DNA of 64,000 nt from Phoronis australis (GCA_002633005.1 NMRA01000013.1:1330618-1394617); one strand, 5' to 3'. Shown: positions 40,776-55,524, numbered from the stretch's first letter. The notes: generated by a model from the letters alone, not told the origin. Numbers and translations are program-made.

Positions 40776-41478
40776 AAAAATTGTACCACTGGGCGTTAAA
40801 GCGCTCTATCGAGGGTGGTTTAAATTGACTTTAATTCAGTGAATGTTTAAAAGTCAGTGGATAAATGTTAAATCAAGTATTAATGAAAAGGGGTGTTAAA
40901 ACTTGCAAATTTTTACTTATGTAGTGGGTGTTGCGCAGAATTTAGGCGGATGCGATTGGTTTTGTTATAGTTGTCTCCAGGCGGTCTTGCGTGTGTGGAA
41001 ATGCCAATCCAAAGAGATGATAATGTTAAAAGTTTATATGGTCAAATTGCTGTACCTTTGTGCTATGCCTGGGTTTCTATGTTTTGGTGTTGTTCAACTC
41101 TATGACTAGCTAATTGAGCATGACTCAAGAGAAAGGTTCTAGTACAGGGAAAACATCTGACTCCAATCACCAGATTATTCATCAATCTCCATCTGAAAAC
41201 ACCAGTGACATATGGTAAGGCTTGGATAATGCTGTTTATCGGTAGGAAAATAAAATACATGCATTGTCCATCCCCCGGGATTACGGCCTAGGAAACAAAG
41301 GACGATTTGTTAATTATGTGCCGGTTAAGTCTGTTAGTTGACTGAGAATTCACAAGCTGGGAGGTAAGGTTTATCTCCGCGTGAAGTACCAAAGATGTTT
41401 TTGTTTTTAGAAATCTTGTCATTCATGGGACATTTTTGATAGAATTTTATTCCTCCCAGAATTCCCCCGAGTACTACC

Positions 41479-41573
41479 ATGAGATACGGACATGCGCAAA
41501 GCGAACCATTCCACGGACTTATCTTCTGGAGGAAGACGTGTTTTTCCTTTGGAAGGTTTTTTCGCGCNTTAAG
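41479..41573 (+). CDS. Candidate alternative first exon of IQSEC (MRYGHAQSEPFHGLIFWRKTCFSFGRFFRAL-R)
   Basis: accATGA start after in-frame stops, 31 codons, then a perfect AG|GTAAGT phase-2 donor. The N at 41568 falls in the wobble position of GCN. Confidence 0.55.
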
Positions 41574-44500
41574 GTAAGTTCGTCTAACTGTATAATTTTA
41601 CAGAAAAATGAAGTTTTCCCTGGATGCGATAGATGAAGTTTCATGGTTTTTCTTGATAAGAAAGTCATCAGAGTTGGCACTGTTGTAACACTCTCATTAA
41701 AGTCATCATTGATTGCCATTGCCTTAATCCATTTGTTGACAAGTTGTGTGCAACCAGCAAAGAAGGTTCTGTCATGGTTCACTGGCCATGCTAAAGGGCT
41801 CAACATTGCTGCAAGAATAAAGAAGTAGCATTTATGTTATGGTCACAATTAGGGGGTTGAAATTCACCAGGTTTTGCTTCTGAAGCAATGGTCCAGCTTC
41901 AGATGTGCTTGCAATGGGATGGACATATAGGGTCCTCATGGATGCCTCTATGGTGATGAGGTTTAGGTGAAAATGTTTAATTTTTAGCATCAAAGTGGTA
42001 GATGAGTGAGGTATGATGTCAAATTTTTCAACGAAAAAGTCTTTTCGGGGAATTCAAATTTGTTTTGAGTGGTTTACTAAAAAATATGGCTGCCAACAGA
42101 CTTACTTTTAGTAAACTTGAGCATTTGCAATCACATTGTAAACCTCGTACTAATAAAAATAGCTATTTTAGCAATTGCGTTTGTCCCAAATTGAAGAGAT
42201 TATTACCGTAGTTTATTCCTGAAAGTAACTTAATTAAGAACTCTTTCTTCATTAGTATCTCCTACTTAGTACATGAATAACAAGTCAGCCCAGTGTTCAA
42301 ATTCTGTAATTCAGCATTGAACAAGTATAAACTGCTCTGCAATTCTCTATGTTAACGCTGCCAGTGGCTTCAGGATTCTGTCTTTGAAGTTTGTTGTTGC
42401 TTGCTGTTTCTCCCTGTGTGTTTATTGTGTCTTTATGTAGTGTGGTAATTGGTGACCACTTGTACATCTGGCAGTGGAGCTGGTGGTGGCAATGAGCACC
42501 AGGCGATGCTGGCTTTGATCTTGTTAGGACGATAATCAACTGGAGATACAATTCATGTTTTTTACAGCAGGGAGTAGAGATTTCTTGTTAACAAGATGAT
42601 GGTCAATAGCTAGGTCCTTAAGTATGCTCTTCGGGGGTTTGAAAAATTGTCAGCTTGCATTGGAGGTGCTGCAGTCTAACAGTAAGCATATTTTGTTTCA
42701 AGATGCTTACATGGCTTCTTTTTCAATCAGCGGTGCGTAACTGTTTATTGGCATTGGAAGAATGGATATTACAGAATTTGGGAGCTCTATCTCTCCAACC
42801 AAGTTCTCAGAATGTCCAGCCCGTTTTAACGCCTTGATGAAATGGGCAGAAGGGGGCAACTTTGGCCCAAAATAGGGTACCAGTCGTGAGATTCTCACCC
42901 TGATTGTGTGTTACTTGATGGGTTTATCACTGATTTTCGAGAACGTACCAAGATCCACCTTGTTGTGACAGGGCCCTATGTGTACGACCGGCAAATGAGT
43001 ATAAAGAACTGCCATCTAGAGGTGAAATACTGTTGACAAATAACACTGCCTTTAAAGACCATAAATGGATTTCAACATATTATAACTGGATTGGAAGAAT
43101 CCTATTCCTTTTGCAGCAGGAAATCTGACATTTTTCAGTAGCCGGGTGTACCATCTTATTAGCAGGATTTTGACCATGCATTCTTTCTCATTTCGATAGA
43201 AAGGTTATTTATGTTATGGTCGATGTTATTGTTACGCAGCAGTGAATAGACTTGAGTCTGGGAGTGGGGTAAGCTGGACAGTATGGATATTTTTTCAAAT
43301 TAATTTTGTGTTCTTAATGCGCAACAGTTTATTTTGAAGTGTCTGTGAAAATGGTTTGTGTTCCGGGACTAGTTTTCTTGGTATTTTTCATATTCATTGG
43401 GTGTTATAGTGTACTTTCGTCAGCCTCGTCAGCCTCGTTGGTGAGTGGCTACATCACTGTTGCTGTTTATACCTTTCTGTTGGCGTAAGTCTGTTCATTC
43501 ACCTCCTGTTCACTCAAGCCAAGGATACCCTTACGTGTAAAGATCAAATCATTCAAAACTCCATTGTCGCTTTCCCCGTCTCTGTTTTGTGAAGTTTCAG
43601 TCAGTGGGAAAGCATAACTCCCGAACAGCCATCGCAACTCCTCACATAATATGTGGACTGAAGTTCCCTCCTCTGTTACTGACCAGAATGTCTGGTGTCC
43701 CCGGACCCTTCATATAACTCCGTACCTAGGTAATAAGGCATATATGTGTCGTCTGAATTAGATGATAAAAAACAAGACAATTGTCTGATGATAGTTCAGA
43801 TGTGAATTGTTTCAGACATCTGGGATTTGAACAATGTATAAGTCGCATGTTTGTGCTTAAACTTCATCCGTTCTCATGCTTTATCTGCCTGCTGACGCCA
43901 TAATCTCATTTGAGAATGCCTTGTTAAGCTGATCACTTATTGTTTATTGAAATTAGGCACGTGTCTCCTGTCTCCATTTTGTTTTCTGTTTTCTCTTTAT
44001 TGGGGCCGAGACTGTGATCTGATGCAGTCTGATCCAGGCCCTGGTTGCTTGTTTATTGTGTCAAGTCTCTCCTCAGATAGTAAACAGCTCAGAGTGAAGG
44101 GTCTGACTTTCTTACACATTTCTTGTATACTTCCATTGTTAGGATAACATAGAGAATTTACTTTCTAAAAAGTCAAGTATTTCCTTAAATGTAATGATAG
44201 TGGTGAAAACAATGCCTGTGTTCCTAAATTCTGAAGTCTAATGACCGTGGGATCAATTTATACATCAACTGTCTCAGAGCAGTGTTCAAAAGAGAGAACG
44301 TTTATTCCAATCCTTGAAGAACTTTGTCACAGTTGTGGCTCTGCAAGGTTCTCCCTGAACAAAAACTCAATCATGGTGCAAATTCATGTCATTATAATTT
44401 TTGCAGCAAAATAATAGGAATGACTATAATAATGCACCGCAATTACATTCATTTGTCTTGTGAAACAGAACGTGGCTTTTCAAACCCGGTTTAAGATTTT

Positions 44501-47500
44501 AAGCAGCTCAGGGCTTCTAAAGCTTGGCTCAATGTTTCCAAACATGATGCAAAACATTTTAGACATGGTGCAGCACCATGCTGAGTTGCATGTTGGGAGA
44601 ACACTACCATGGTGCAGTCTAGCGAGTTTTAAAGTACGCTAATGCTGAATGTGTAGGCATCAAAAAATAGTTCCGTGCGATTGGTGAGCTACATTTCCAG
44701 TAAAACCCTGATAGCTGTGCGGCTGACTGGTGTTTCTATATTGGCAGAGGTTTTGCTGTCATTCTGTTTTGATTTGATTTGTGTGAACAGGTGGGGATAG
44801 CTTGAGAAGAGAACTTTGACCCCTTCAGACTGGAGCCTGGCCATGTTTTTAAAATGACTTGGGTAGTGCCCTAGTGACAGCTTGGTGTACTTTGAATTGG
44901 AATTCAGTATGTCACATGTGTGAAGTTTACATTTTCTGTTGTGGGAAACGCTGCAGTTTTTGGTGTTTGGTATGAAGTTCCAGGGAAATGCACAGGCTGA
45001 TTTGGAAGGAAAGACAAGGACGTCTGGTCTTCTTTTTTCTGGGTATGACTTAAAACTCCATTGGTAATGTGTTTTATAGGCTATCGTTAACGCTTATCCA
45101 CTGAAAGTGATGAGCAGGCCCCCTTGTTACATCCTAGATCAGTCTTATGAAATGTAATGATGATCAACTTGAAATGCTGCACTATTGTTGTTTTGTATTT
45201 CTTTATAAGAAGCATATTCCAGGCATGTGCATTTATGGATTTGGGGGAAGTGCACTGAGTTAAGTTTATTGTTTGCAAGACTGTACATTTCATCTTTGTT
45301 GTCAAAACCATTTATTTGTTCTAGGTTAACCAGCAATTTGCCCTTTTTTGAAATTGCTCTCACACAGGCCTCTTAGCTACAAGGGACACCTTGTGGTGAT
45401 TTTAAGTGGGTTGGGAGATTTTGAACTGGATCTAAAAACTACCAAGTACATTTTATGTTGATAAAGAAAATACATCCATATTAATGTCAGGGTGCAAAAA
45501 GCAGTTTAATAGGGAGTTATGATATTTGTGTCATTGTGTATTGAATCTAGTTGCTTAGCAACGGTTTGTAATCCTCCTACCTTTATAAGCTTCATAAGAG
45601 TTTAATGACTAACGTTGCTGAATATTACTTAGTTTACTACTGTTTTATGATTTTTAAAGTGCTTTGGCTTAATTTATACTTTTGTCTATTGTATCTCCTG
45701 TCGTTATGCAGCAAAAAATAATCATTTTTTAATGTTCACTATAATACCCATGGGAGTAATGTTGTATTGGGTGGTTGCAGATTGATGATCATACGCTTTC
45801 TTGAAATTTCTAGAAATAAAGGCACCATGCGCTTTTTTGTAATGAATTATTGAACTGCTTAAATACCATGCTAGTTACCATGGCAACTCGCCAATATGGT
45901 TAGTCTTCAGCTATTTAGCTAACAATATGGCGTACAAATAGAATTCTGTTTTGTCAAATTACTCGACACAATTAAAGATTAAAAACATCTTTGTCTGTTG
46001 TTGGCTTGGTTTGTATTGCGTAGATGCTGTAAAGGATTTGGTAAAGTTTCCGTTTTTGCAGAAATTAAAAGTTTTTCAATTATTGTTCTTCAAATATGAC
46101 TCTAGTATTAGTGTATTTTATCTGGTAAATGGTTTAACTTTTTTCCACCAGAGGTCACCAGTCATCTTACAATGAGTGTGTACAATTCTCGACTGAAACT
46201 AAACATAGACATACATGAATCAATACACACTGCAACCATGTTTTGAATTTGAAATGCCACACTTTGCATTATTGTTCAATTAGTTTTTAGTTAACAAATC
46301 AATATTTTATGCTGTCACTGTATCCACGTTACATTTAATAAGACTACAAGGGTACATCGATCTGAGACAACTCTTGTCTGCAATGATCTTCCAATTTCCC
46401 TTGAAAAATATTTGGACTTTTACACTTGCACGTGCCATTGAGGAGAACTTGATGAAAAAGTGCACAAGTTTAGCTACAAATTTTTTAGAGACTTAACGCA
46501 AGAATTCAGATTGTGTATTATGTACCATAGGCATATAAAAGTGGTTTTTGGTTTTAGTGAAATTTGAAAAAAAAAAACAAATATTGTTTTTCAGCAATGG
46601 AATTCTGTATTTTTCTAAAGAACAACCATAGTTAAGTTCTGGTCAAAATAGCCATCTTGAAACTAAGAACATGCGTAAAGTTTGCAGCCAGAAACATTGC
46701 TGCAAATGAGCAACTCATGAACTCCACACAGCCCATCTATAGTATACTCATGACCAGCTCTGTTCAAAAATCAAATTGATTTTATACTTTTTAGTTCCAA
46801 TTAAAGATTCTGTGTATGACAGACCTACTATTCTAAATTTTTGATATCGGTTTAATCCCAAAATTCCCTTTCAGTCAAAAGTGCGGGGTAGTTTGCGCAT
46901 TGAGCTTTTCACAATTGGGGTGTTTCTGACCACAATATATCTACAGGTGTTGAATTTATATCTAGTTTTTCCACCAATGCGATGTGAAGCAATCACGTGC
47001 ACCTTCCTAGATAAAATGAAACATTTGACGTTCCTACCAAAGAGATGACGTGTTTTCTATTCAGTTATAGGTCGTGACTGGTCAATCTAACGTTTAAATA
47101 ACGTTCATTAATAAACCTTGAATGTGCCTTTTCCTTTGTTCAAAATGCTGTTTAGAGGTTCAGTGGATGCACTGGTCGACTCCAAAGATTATCAGCCTCC
47201 CATGTGATTGTATTAACACTAATTTAATGGTATTAATAGAGCTAATTCATTAGTGCTGAGCAGAGGATTGCGTCAGTTACGAGCACCAGTGCTGTTCAAA
47301 GGAGTTGTGATGTTTGTGCAAGCAATATCAAACCACATTTAGTTGCAGATCAGTTCAGAGATTTTTGATATTAGTTTGGTGTTCAATCAGGTCTTTTCCA
47401 CTAAAGGTCACGATTCAGTGTTTAGATGAGCATTGTTCACTGTGAACGCTTACATTGCCTTATAGTAGCTATGCTATAGAATTTAAGAATGAGTATTTTG

Positions 47501-48039
47501 GTCATGTGCAACTTCACTTTTATTAGAAAAATGTTACTTTTCGACCGTATTGTCCTAAATCTGTGAGATTCTACCCTAGCATTCGGTTAACTCTCATCTG
47601 AACTTGAGTTCTTTTTTGTGATTACCAATTTAATTGCGCAACCTCAACAATCAAGGTTAAATTGTCAAACCCATTTCAGGTTGCTGCCTGATTTTTTTGT
47701 TACTTTCCACCAACACCACTTCTCCCCTGCTTTGTGGAGATTCAGTCATTGGGTATTAAACAGTCATTGCAAGTCCTCAAAAAATAGGTGGATTACTGCG
47801 CAGTTGCACAACTCCCCTGTAGTGGGAAAGGTTAACTCAACTGTGGGGGTAGTTGCAACTTGCAACACGCGTATTTGTTTGAAGTGAATGGAGTACGCCA
47901 TCTCGTGTTTAATCTCTAGAATCCCTGAGATCTTGAAACAGGCCGTCTTTTCCGTCTTGGCCGTGCCGTCCAAGCCATCTTTTTTTAAAATGGTTGTCCA
48001 AATGACGGCCAGTACGGCCGCTAGATGAGTCCCTGCTTA

Positions 48040-48600
48040 GAATTAGCGGTAATTCTGATGTCGGTACTGGAGAGGTCTTTGTAGGAAATGAATAGATAGT
48101 TGCGATAGTGTTTTGCTGAATCGAAGTTTTGATGATGGTAAAGAGAAATTAGAGGCCATCTTATTCTTGGAGAATGTTGCCAGGAACCCACATCTGTGCT
48201 CAGATGAAACACTGGTTTGAGCATGTAGCTGTCTGTTGCACTGAGTACAATTGCATCATTATTAAAATCATCCATGTGTCTGATTGTGTGATAGTCAACT
48301 TGCCTATCTACCACCAGATGTCACTGAGGTGTTTTAGCTTCCACTCACATCAGGATTGATCACTCTTAACCTTTGGTCTTCAACAGGTATTGCACATCGA
48401 TCCCTTTATCTTAGTTGTGCCATTTCCTCACTTGAACCAGCTGCGAAGTCCTCAGATGCTTTACAAAGTGCTCCACAGGCAGCTGCCAGGTACTTTTGTA
48501 TGGGCAGTAATAGGGTTTCTGTTTGCAGAGATTTACTGGTTCTTCATCAAGTCAGTGTTTATAGCATGTTGAAATATTGGTGCAGGATTTGGATGTGGTG
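48040..48600 (-). mobile_element. Possible highly decayed LINE ORF2 (endonuclease region) fragment
   Basis: Minus-strand translation has HMDDFN (GDFN-like) followed by HYRNY..SYKDL, reminiscent of CR1/L2 ORF2. The similarity is weak and judged by eye. Confidence 0.25.
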
Positions 48601-51600
48601 ACACTTCAGTTTTGGACTTTGTCTGAGGTTGTCGAGGGGTGGGGTAAGTTAACGGTAAAAATTATCAAAAGTTCTGATTGCTCAAGTGTTTTTTACTTAA
48701 TTTTAAGATTTAAAAATTGCCAGTCCGTAATGCCACAATGATCCCTTATGGTGGTGTTTTGTTCTCAGAATCAGTTTCATCCGAGTATTATTCAGTCTGA
48801 ATGGTTCTCAAGGTCAGGGTCTTTCAGAAGGGTCTGTTGTGTTTTGTGCATGGACGCTCTTTAAACTGACTTGAATGTAGATTTCACATGTCATTTTCTT
48901 GTGATTTGGGGCTGCGCTTCTATGTTTGTAGACAAATTCTGTCATTTGATAGATTTTTCATGGTGGGCGCTTCAGAAATGTTATTGATTTTCTATCTTGT
49001 TAGGTCAATAGAAGATCTTGCCCGTTGTCTTTATACAATCCCCCTTGTTGTCTGTCTGCTTTTTACTTTATGTTGTTTCACTACTAATTACCTTACTGTT
49101 ACCTTCGTAGTTTGTAATCTGGTCATAAAAGTTTATTCAGTGTTTGACGCTGTGTTCTTTTTTCCTTCATGCGTCATGTTGATCGACGCCGTGCAAAAAC
49201 CACCTCATATTTGAAAGACAAAAATATTTGCCAATAAGGCAAAAACAATAGCATAATTGGTCCTGGTCACTTATTTTGAAACCTGCTCCTCTGATCAGGC
49301 ATCGGGTGGTACTTGCTAGAATGGGGATACTGAGCTGGTTTCGTCTGGGGGTAAAAAAGAAAGCACGATCTTCACTTATTTGAACTGGCATCAGATGATG
49401 GTGGGGGTAACAAATAGAGCATCATGTGAAACTAGAAAATAAAAAAGGACCCTCGCCTTTTTCATTTTGCATCAGCCGATTTTTCCTTTATGGTGATATG
49501 GCAACTAAAAAATACCACACCAGCTCATCAATGTTCAAGAAAGACAGACATGAACCAATATGCTATTTATTGACCTAAAATACAATTTCCAATTTCTCAT
49601 GTAATACCAGAGCAGTTCTGTGAGCTGTAGGGGTACTAACATTAAACATGGTCAGAGCCTCTAAAATTAATTGGAACAAACATCTCAGTCAACCCAAACA
49701 CCTCATGGCAGTTGATACAATAACAAATTGGTGTCACTGGTGTGTTGTTTTTCCCTCTTGAAATCTGGTTGAGTTCCTCTATTCTAAAGTTCAGTCTGAC
49801 CTTTTTCATCAGTTGTACCCTGTTGGTAACATTCACACCAGTGTTTTTTCACTGATTTATTGATGAAGTATTCTTTTGCTCATGTTAGCAACCGTAGTTG
49901 TATGGTATATAGTCATCCCTTCGCAGTTGAAGCAGTTCTTTATTGACTTGAAATACTTGCATCCAGCAAGCAGCAAGCGAGAGACGGTGATAGTGGTTTT
50001 TCTCAAGTTTCATCCAAAATATTTTCATGCGTATCCTTAAGGACCTACCTCGAAGAGGTGATCTATTTAAAACGAGACCTGGTTGAACTTCACTGTCAGT
50101 TCTAAGGACAACCAATGGAAAGTGTATCTGAGATGTTGATTGCTGTGGTAGGTCATTATAGGTAGGTTAACAGTGTGACTTTTTGATGTTATTCTTTGTG
50201 AAGCAATGTGGTTTTTGACTGGGCGAACTATTGAATTGGCTTTTGTCAAGTCAATGCTGAAATGATTGGACGGTTATTTACAGTTTCAACGTATTAATTA
50301 TGGTTGTTATGTTGTGAAGTGGATCTCTGTTTCTTATTCATGGAGTATCTCCGATTTCAAATGGAGTCCTTTCCGATTTTAGATTTTGTTGATTCTATTA
50401 TCAGTTATAGTTCCAAACCAGTTTGCTAAGCTGGGCTTCAGAAATATGGTGTATTTCCAAGTGGGAATTTTGCGCTGTTCGTTTGTCAGATTCACTTAAA
50501 AATGATTCAAGCACTTTTATGGAAGTGTTTGTCGACTACATCCATGACTTTTAAAGTGGAACTTGCTGGCTATCTCCTTATCTCTGTGATTGCTTGGTCA
50601 AATAGTTAGAAACACAAGTAGAATAATCCGCCGCAAATCACTGAACGGTGTCCAGTAAGTATCGTGAGTTGGTGCTGGAGAATAACACAGCATGGTGCGG
50701 GCTAGGTGAACCCCCAAGGTACGCCATTAGTACAAAGGTCATGTATTTGCAGAATTTTTTTTCACATTTACACGTTGTCAATGATCAACTGCACTTTGTT
50801 TAGTATAGATAATGTTCAAATAGCATTGTCGTTTAGTTCCTGCTATACATTTGCATAGTTAAGAGTATGCAAGCACAGCTTAAAGTTATGCTTTTAAGAA
50901 ACTGTAAGGCAAGACCGAACCAAAATGTTCAAGATAGCTATTGTTAAATCTTTTGATTTTTGACACCTCTGCAAATGTACAGCAAGTTTCTTTCACTTAC
51001 GTATTAGAATGAGTGATATATCATATGCATATTGTAGATTTAGATAATGAACCTTTTGCCTAGGACACTGCTTTGTTAGGCTTGAGAAGTCAAATAGTTT
51101 CCTATTATTACTTTGATTGACATGTGATTGTGGGCTACCTGATTTGAGATAAGCCAGGAATTTGTTCAGATGGTACTCTGTGGACCTTTATCTCTCAGGT
51201 AGGTAACTTTTCATGACGACCAACGACAGGTGAGCAATTCCCAAGGTGTCACTGACGTCACGACCTCTGGCACTTGCATGTGTCTGTCACAATTAATATC
51301 CTGGGTAGTTAAACCATTAACTTTGACTGAAAGTGGGTTGTTGTCAAGGAGTCGCTGTGGAAACTGCCATCAGCTCCCTGGGTGGTCCAGTGGATTTGTT
51401 TGGTCTCGGGTGTATTTTTGGGTCTTCTAGGAAAGGTGGATGTCACTTTGAAAACAATTAATGATGTAGAAGGTAATTAGTTCTGTAGTTTGGCATTGTG
51501 CATCTGGCAGTGTCAGGTGTTGTGTTAATCCACCTATCGGTTTATGATCCTAGTTGTTTTCCCCACTGGAAGTCCACGTTGACATTTCTTGCGTCTCCTA

Positions 51601-54600
51601 CAGTATTTTTGACCTGTTATTGAGTCTCACCCATGTTGAGCACATTTTATTGCTAGGCGATTGCTAAGAATGGGTAAATTTTGGATTTTTATCACGGCAG
51701 ACATTCCATGAGGTAGTTAAAACTGAAGCTTTGAACCTGATCAGCTGAGTTTAGTTATGTGTAGGCATTCAGAATAATTGCTATAGGGAATTTGAATAGT
51801 GGCACCTCTGTTGACTCTATTAACAGAGGTGTTTCCTCTATCTATTTATAGCACTCCTCACTATGACTCTGGTATGTAAGACACCTCCGTCCACACTCTT
51901 ATGCTGAGTCACCACTGTGTTCAGGTAATGCGGTCATAAACAGCGTTACCCTCTTTTTTATTGCTTAAGCCAGTCTAGATGACTTGTGTTCATACAGTGA
52001 TGAGCGCTAAACCTATTTATAAGTGATCACTCACTTATATCTCTCAGGTTTGTCATTTGAGTTGATAAGGACGGGCAGGATCAGTCACAACACACACCTG
52101 TCTTTGCAGAGTAGGTCATCGATGCCTACGTGCTAAAAGGGTGTCTGCCAATCAGGATTCTACATCAGGAATTTCCTTTTCCGCATGATTTTTTTGCTAC
52201 TGTAGGTATTCTGTGTTTCATCTCTAACTTACCAACATTTCAAAGTCTTCTTATGAGGTACTTTACTTGTTTTCCAACCATCTTCTGAAGTTTGATATTG
52301 GAAATTCTTCAGCATAATTGTAAGTTTTCTTATTTTTCCGACAATGTTTACTTTTAAGCAGTTGGTTGTCTTTAAAGTTGACGAATCCTCGCTTATAAGT
52401 TGTCTTGACTCACTAGCAAGTATCGGTATGTTTTCACAGTCATTGTTCTTTGTAGAAGTGATATTAAATTATTTTTCACAATGAATTTCAACTTGGAGAT
52501 CTTAGTCTTGGACAACATTGGCTTTTCGTTCCATGTCTCAAAAGGACTACCGCACACAGAGATGTACGAATTGAGCTGTTTGCCATAAACGAACAACAGC
52601 TCAGCTCACAGCTCTCGTCCAGGCGTGAAAATACGACATTTGAACAAACTAGCAAACTAGTTGATTCATTCAGTTGTTCCTACCTTAACATGAACTGTCA
52701 GCTATTGTTCACTGATGGTTAAGACAGCTCAGTTCTTAGCTCTCCGTCTTCAGTGGCTCAAACCATAGTCTCTTGTGTAAGTAAGATGCAAGTTAAAACC
52801 AACAGGCGACTCGACTCAATGCTTATGGTACTAGGTGGTGAGAATGAAAAGCAGAGAGCGTTTAATCAATGGGGAGACATTCCTGGAGTGAGGAACCCAT
52901 GTGATTACTTGAATGCATGCTGTGAGTTTCAGCTGCAGTGTGAATGTATTGTGGCTGAAACTAGTTTTGCTAATGAAGTTTAAGCTGTAACAAAGTGATG
53001 CTTATTTTATCCATGGTAGATATAATTTGAATACCAAATTAATGAAAATTACTTTATTTAAGCATTTGAAAAGTGAGAAAGAGGCTGTCCATCCCATAGT
53101 GACAGATACTCCTCTACATGAAGCATTCATTAATTTTGAACTTAATTGAATTGGTTAAATCTCCTCTTTCTAAATGGAAAATATTTAAATAGTGGACATC
53201 AGGAGCACTCAAGAGTCAAGTCTTGATTGTTGTCGCACAGATGTCAATTAGTTCTTCGGATTACGTAATCACCAGGCGCTGTAATTACTGTTGATAATTG
53301 ACAGAGGTTGTCATCTTGAACTTTTCATGCATGTGTTGAGGAGAAGGTATGAGGCGAGGAATACTTGTGGCTTGATGCAACAGAATTCACTCCTGGAAAT
53401 GTTCTTGTGATGCTGAATTGGTTGTTTACCTTTAACTGACTTGACTGGTGTTACAAGTTGAATTTCACTTAGCGATTTACTGTCTGTCCCTGGAGTTTCC
53501 CATCATGACTGTGAGATGAAAAACGTGTGTGGGTACACCGCTGTACTTAATCGGCAATTAGTCGGTATTAGCTGTTTGCAGGGTGGTAGACCTTTCGGAG
53601 AACCAGAGCAGGAAGTTCTGGGGTGGTGGACGGTTAGTTTCAGTATTCTCGGCTATTTGAAGTTCATTTTGGTACTCAGAGTGGTTGTGGTTGTTGCCAA
53701 CGTTTTTACGATGTTAGAATCATTCGACATTGATTTTTGTCTACACTTTTTTGTTTTATTCTGTCAATTTTGAAAATGTGTTTCTGTTTTTTTTTTGATT
53801 TATATGTCATTCTTGTTGGCAACTGTGCTGATCATGTGCTATGTACACGCTAAGTCTTCACTTTGTTACAACACAATATGGTGGGCACTTGGAATTGTAA
53901 TCTGCCATATTTCTCCACTTTTTGTCTATTACAAGGCTGAGCTTGAATTTGCTTTGTAGATGCTAAAACCAACATTTGGCGAAGTTTTCATTATTGCAGC
54001 AAAATATTCATCATTTGATGTGTAAAGAAATAGTTATTTTTGTGCAAAAGGGCAAGAATTGCTAAATTGTATATTGCCTCACAGTTAAGTGTGGTATTGT
54101 TGATCGCTTTGGTGGTTTGAGAGTTGGATTGGTTCCAAGCCCTGCCTTCTCAATCACTATTGATCTGAAGGCCTGCTTATGCGATTACACTGTTGAATCT
54201 TCAGTGAGACTGAACAGTTTGGATAGAGAAGTGCTTATATTGTGGTCAAAATCTAGGGTGCTACTTGGATTGAGCGCTGGATTGGTATTTCTAGAACTGG
54301 ACAGTTATTTCTGTGGAGGTAAGATGACATTTGATAAATGTGGCTCTCTTTATTGCCTATTTGACGAGCTTGTCTTCCTGGAGACGATAAAATTTTAAGG
54401 ACCTGTGAATATTGGTTCTACCTGAGCTGCATTTTATGATAACTGCATAGTTATGGCTGTATATTGCATATAGCATCATGATGTGAACTGCAATTAGTAT
54501 TGTGGTTTAAATTAAGAAAATTTAATAACTTTTATTGTAATAATATTAGATTGGCATTCCTTTGTGTTCTGAAACAATTTAATTTTCGGGGCTTTGACAG

Positions 54601-54823
54601 TGGTCATATAAGTCATGGTTAGATTATTTACTTTCCTGAAATTTTGTAGAAGGGGTCTGTTTTTTTACAATTTTGGCGTGGGATAACCTGCTTTCTGTGT
54701 TCACACCTGTTTGGTACACGTGCTTTACCTTTGGGTCAGCTATCTCCTCAACTTTTGTAGAACCAAAGTCTAATATCTTATCCCAAAATCAAAAACCTAC
54801 TTTCTATGGGTACAAGTTCGATT

Positions 54824-55226
54824 CAATAGGGCCGTCCCGGATTACGCAGCAACACTCGAATCTCGCTGTATTTACCCACAATGCCATAAACATCAGTCAG
54901 ACACATTTGCTGTCTCGTTTTTGTGCCAATTGGATTTTCACATGTTATTTGTTGTTGTCTGATTCTTTACAAATTTTTCTCGGTTGCATTACGCTATTCG
55001 TCTTACCAATGACAACGAAGTATTAGTGCTGTGGGCTGGAACTCGGACGTGAGAAAGTTTGATAAACTGGACAAATACCTGTGGATGTTTGATCTGAAAT
55101 TCTTCGCCGTCCCAACATCAATGAGAGACACGAAAATATGCCTGATTTCCAAAACCAGGTCACGCGCTTTCTTATCTCTGGGACAAAGGAGAATGTATCG
55201 GCGTGTTATCCGGTACGGCCCTGTTG
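54824..55226. mobile_element. MITE (~400 bp) with ~25-35-bp TIRs
   Basis: caatagggccgtcccggattac ... gttatccggtacggccctgttg. Confidence 0.75.
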
Positions 55227-55328
55227 CCTTAAGTGTATACAATACAGTTCATTCAGGCAGATATTGAGACATTGAGTTAATTAGGAATCTCTCTTTTACT
55301 CCACCTTCTGTGGGTGATAACTTCTTGA

Positions 55329-55524
55329 TTTAGTACACATTCTACGAATTGTGACATTTAGTACACGCTCTACAAATTGTGACAATTAGTACGCTCTCTA
55401 CAAATTGTGACATTTAGTACTCTCTCTACTAATTGTGACATTTAGTATGCTCTCTACAAATTGAAACATTTAGTACAGTCTCTACAAATTGTGACATTTA
55501 GTACGCTCTCTACAAATTGTGACA
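55329..55524 (+). repeat. Minisatellite, 7 x 28 bp (tttagtacgctctctacaaattgtgaca)
   Basis: Seven head-to-tail copies without spacers. Confidence 0.97.

Noticed and set aside
55329-55524. 28-bp repeats resembling a CRISPR array
   Set aside because: Units are head-to-tail with no unique spacers, there are no cas genes, and the context is a eukaryotic intron. It is a minisatellite.
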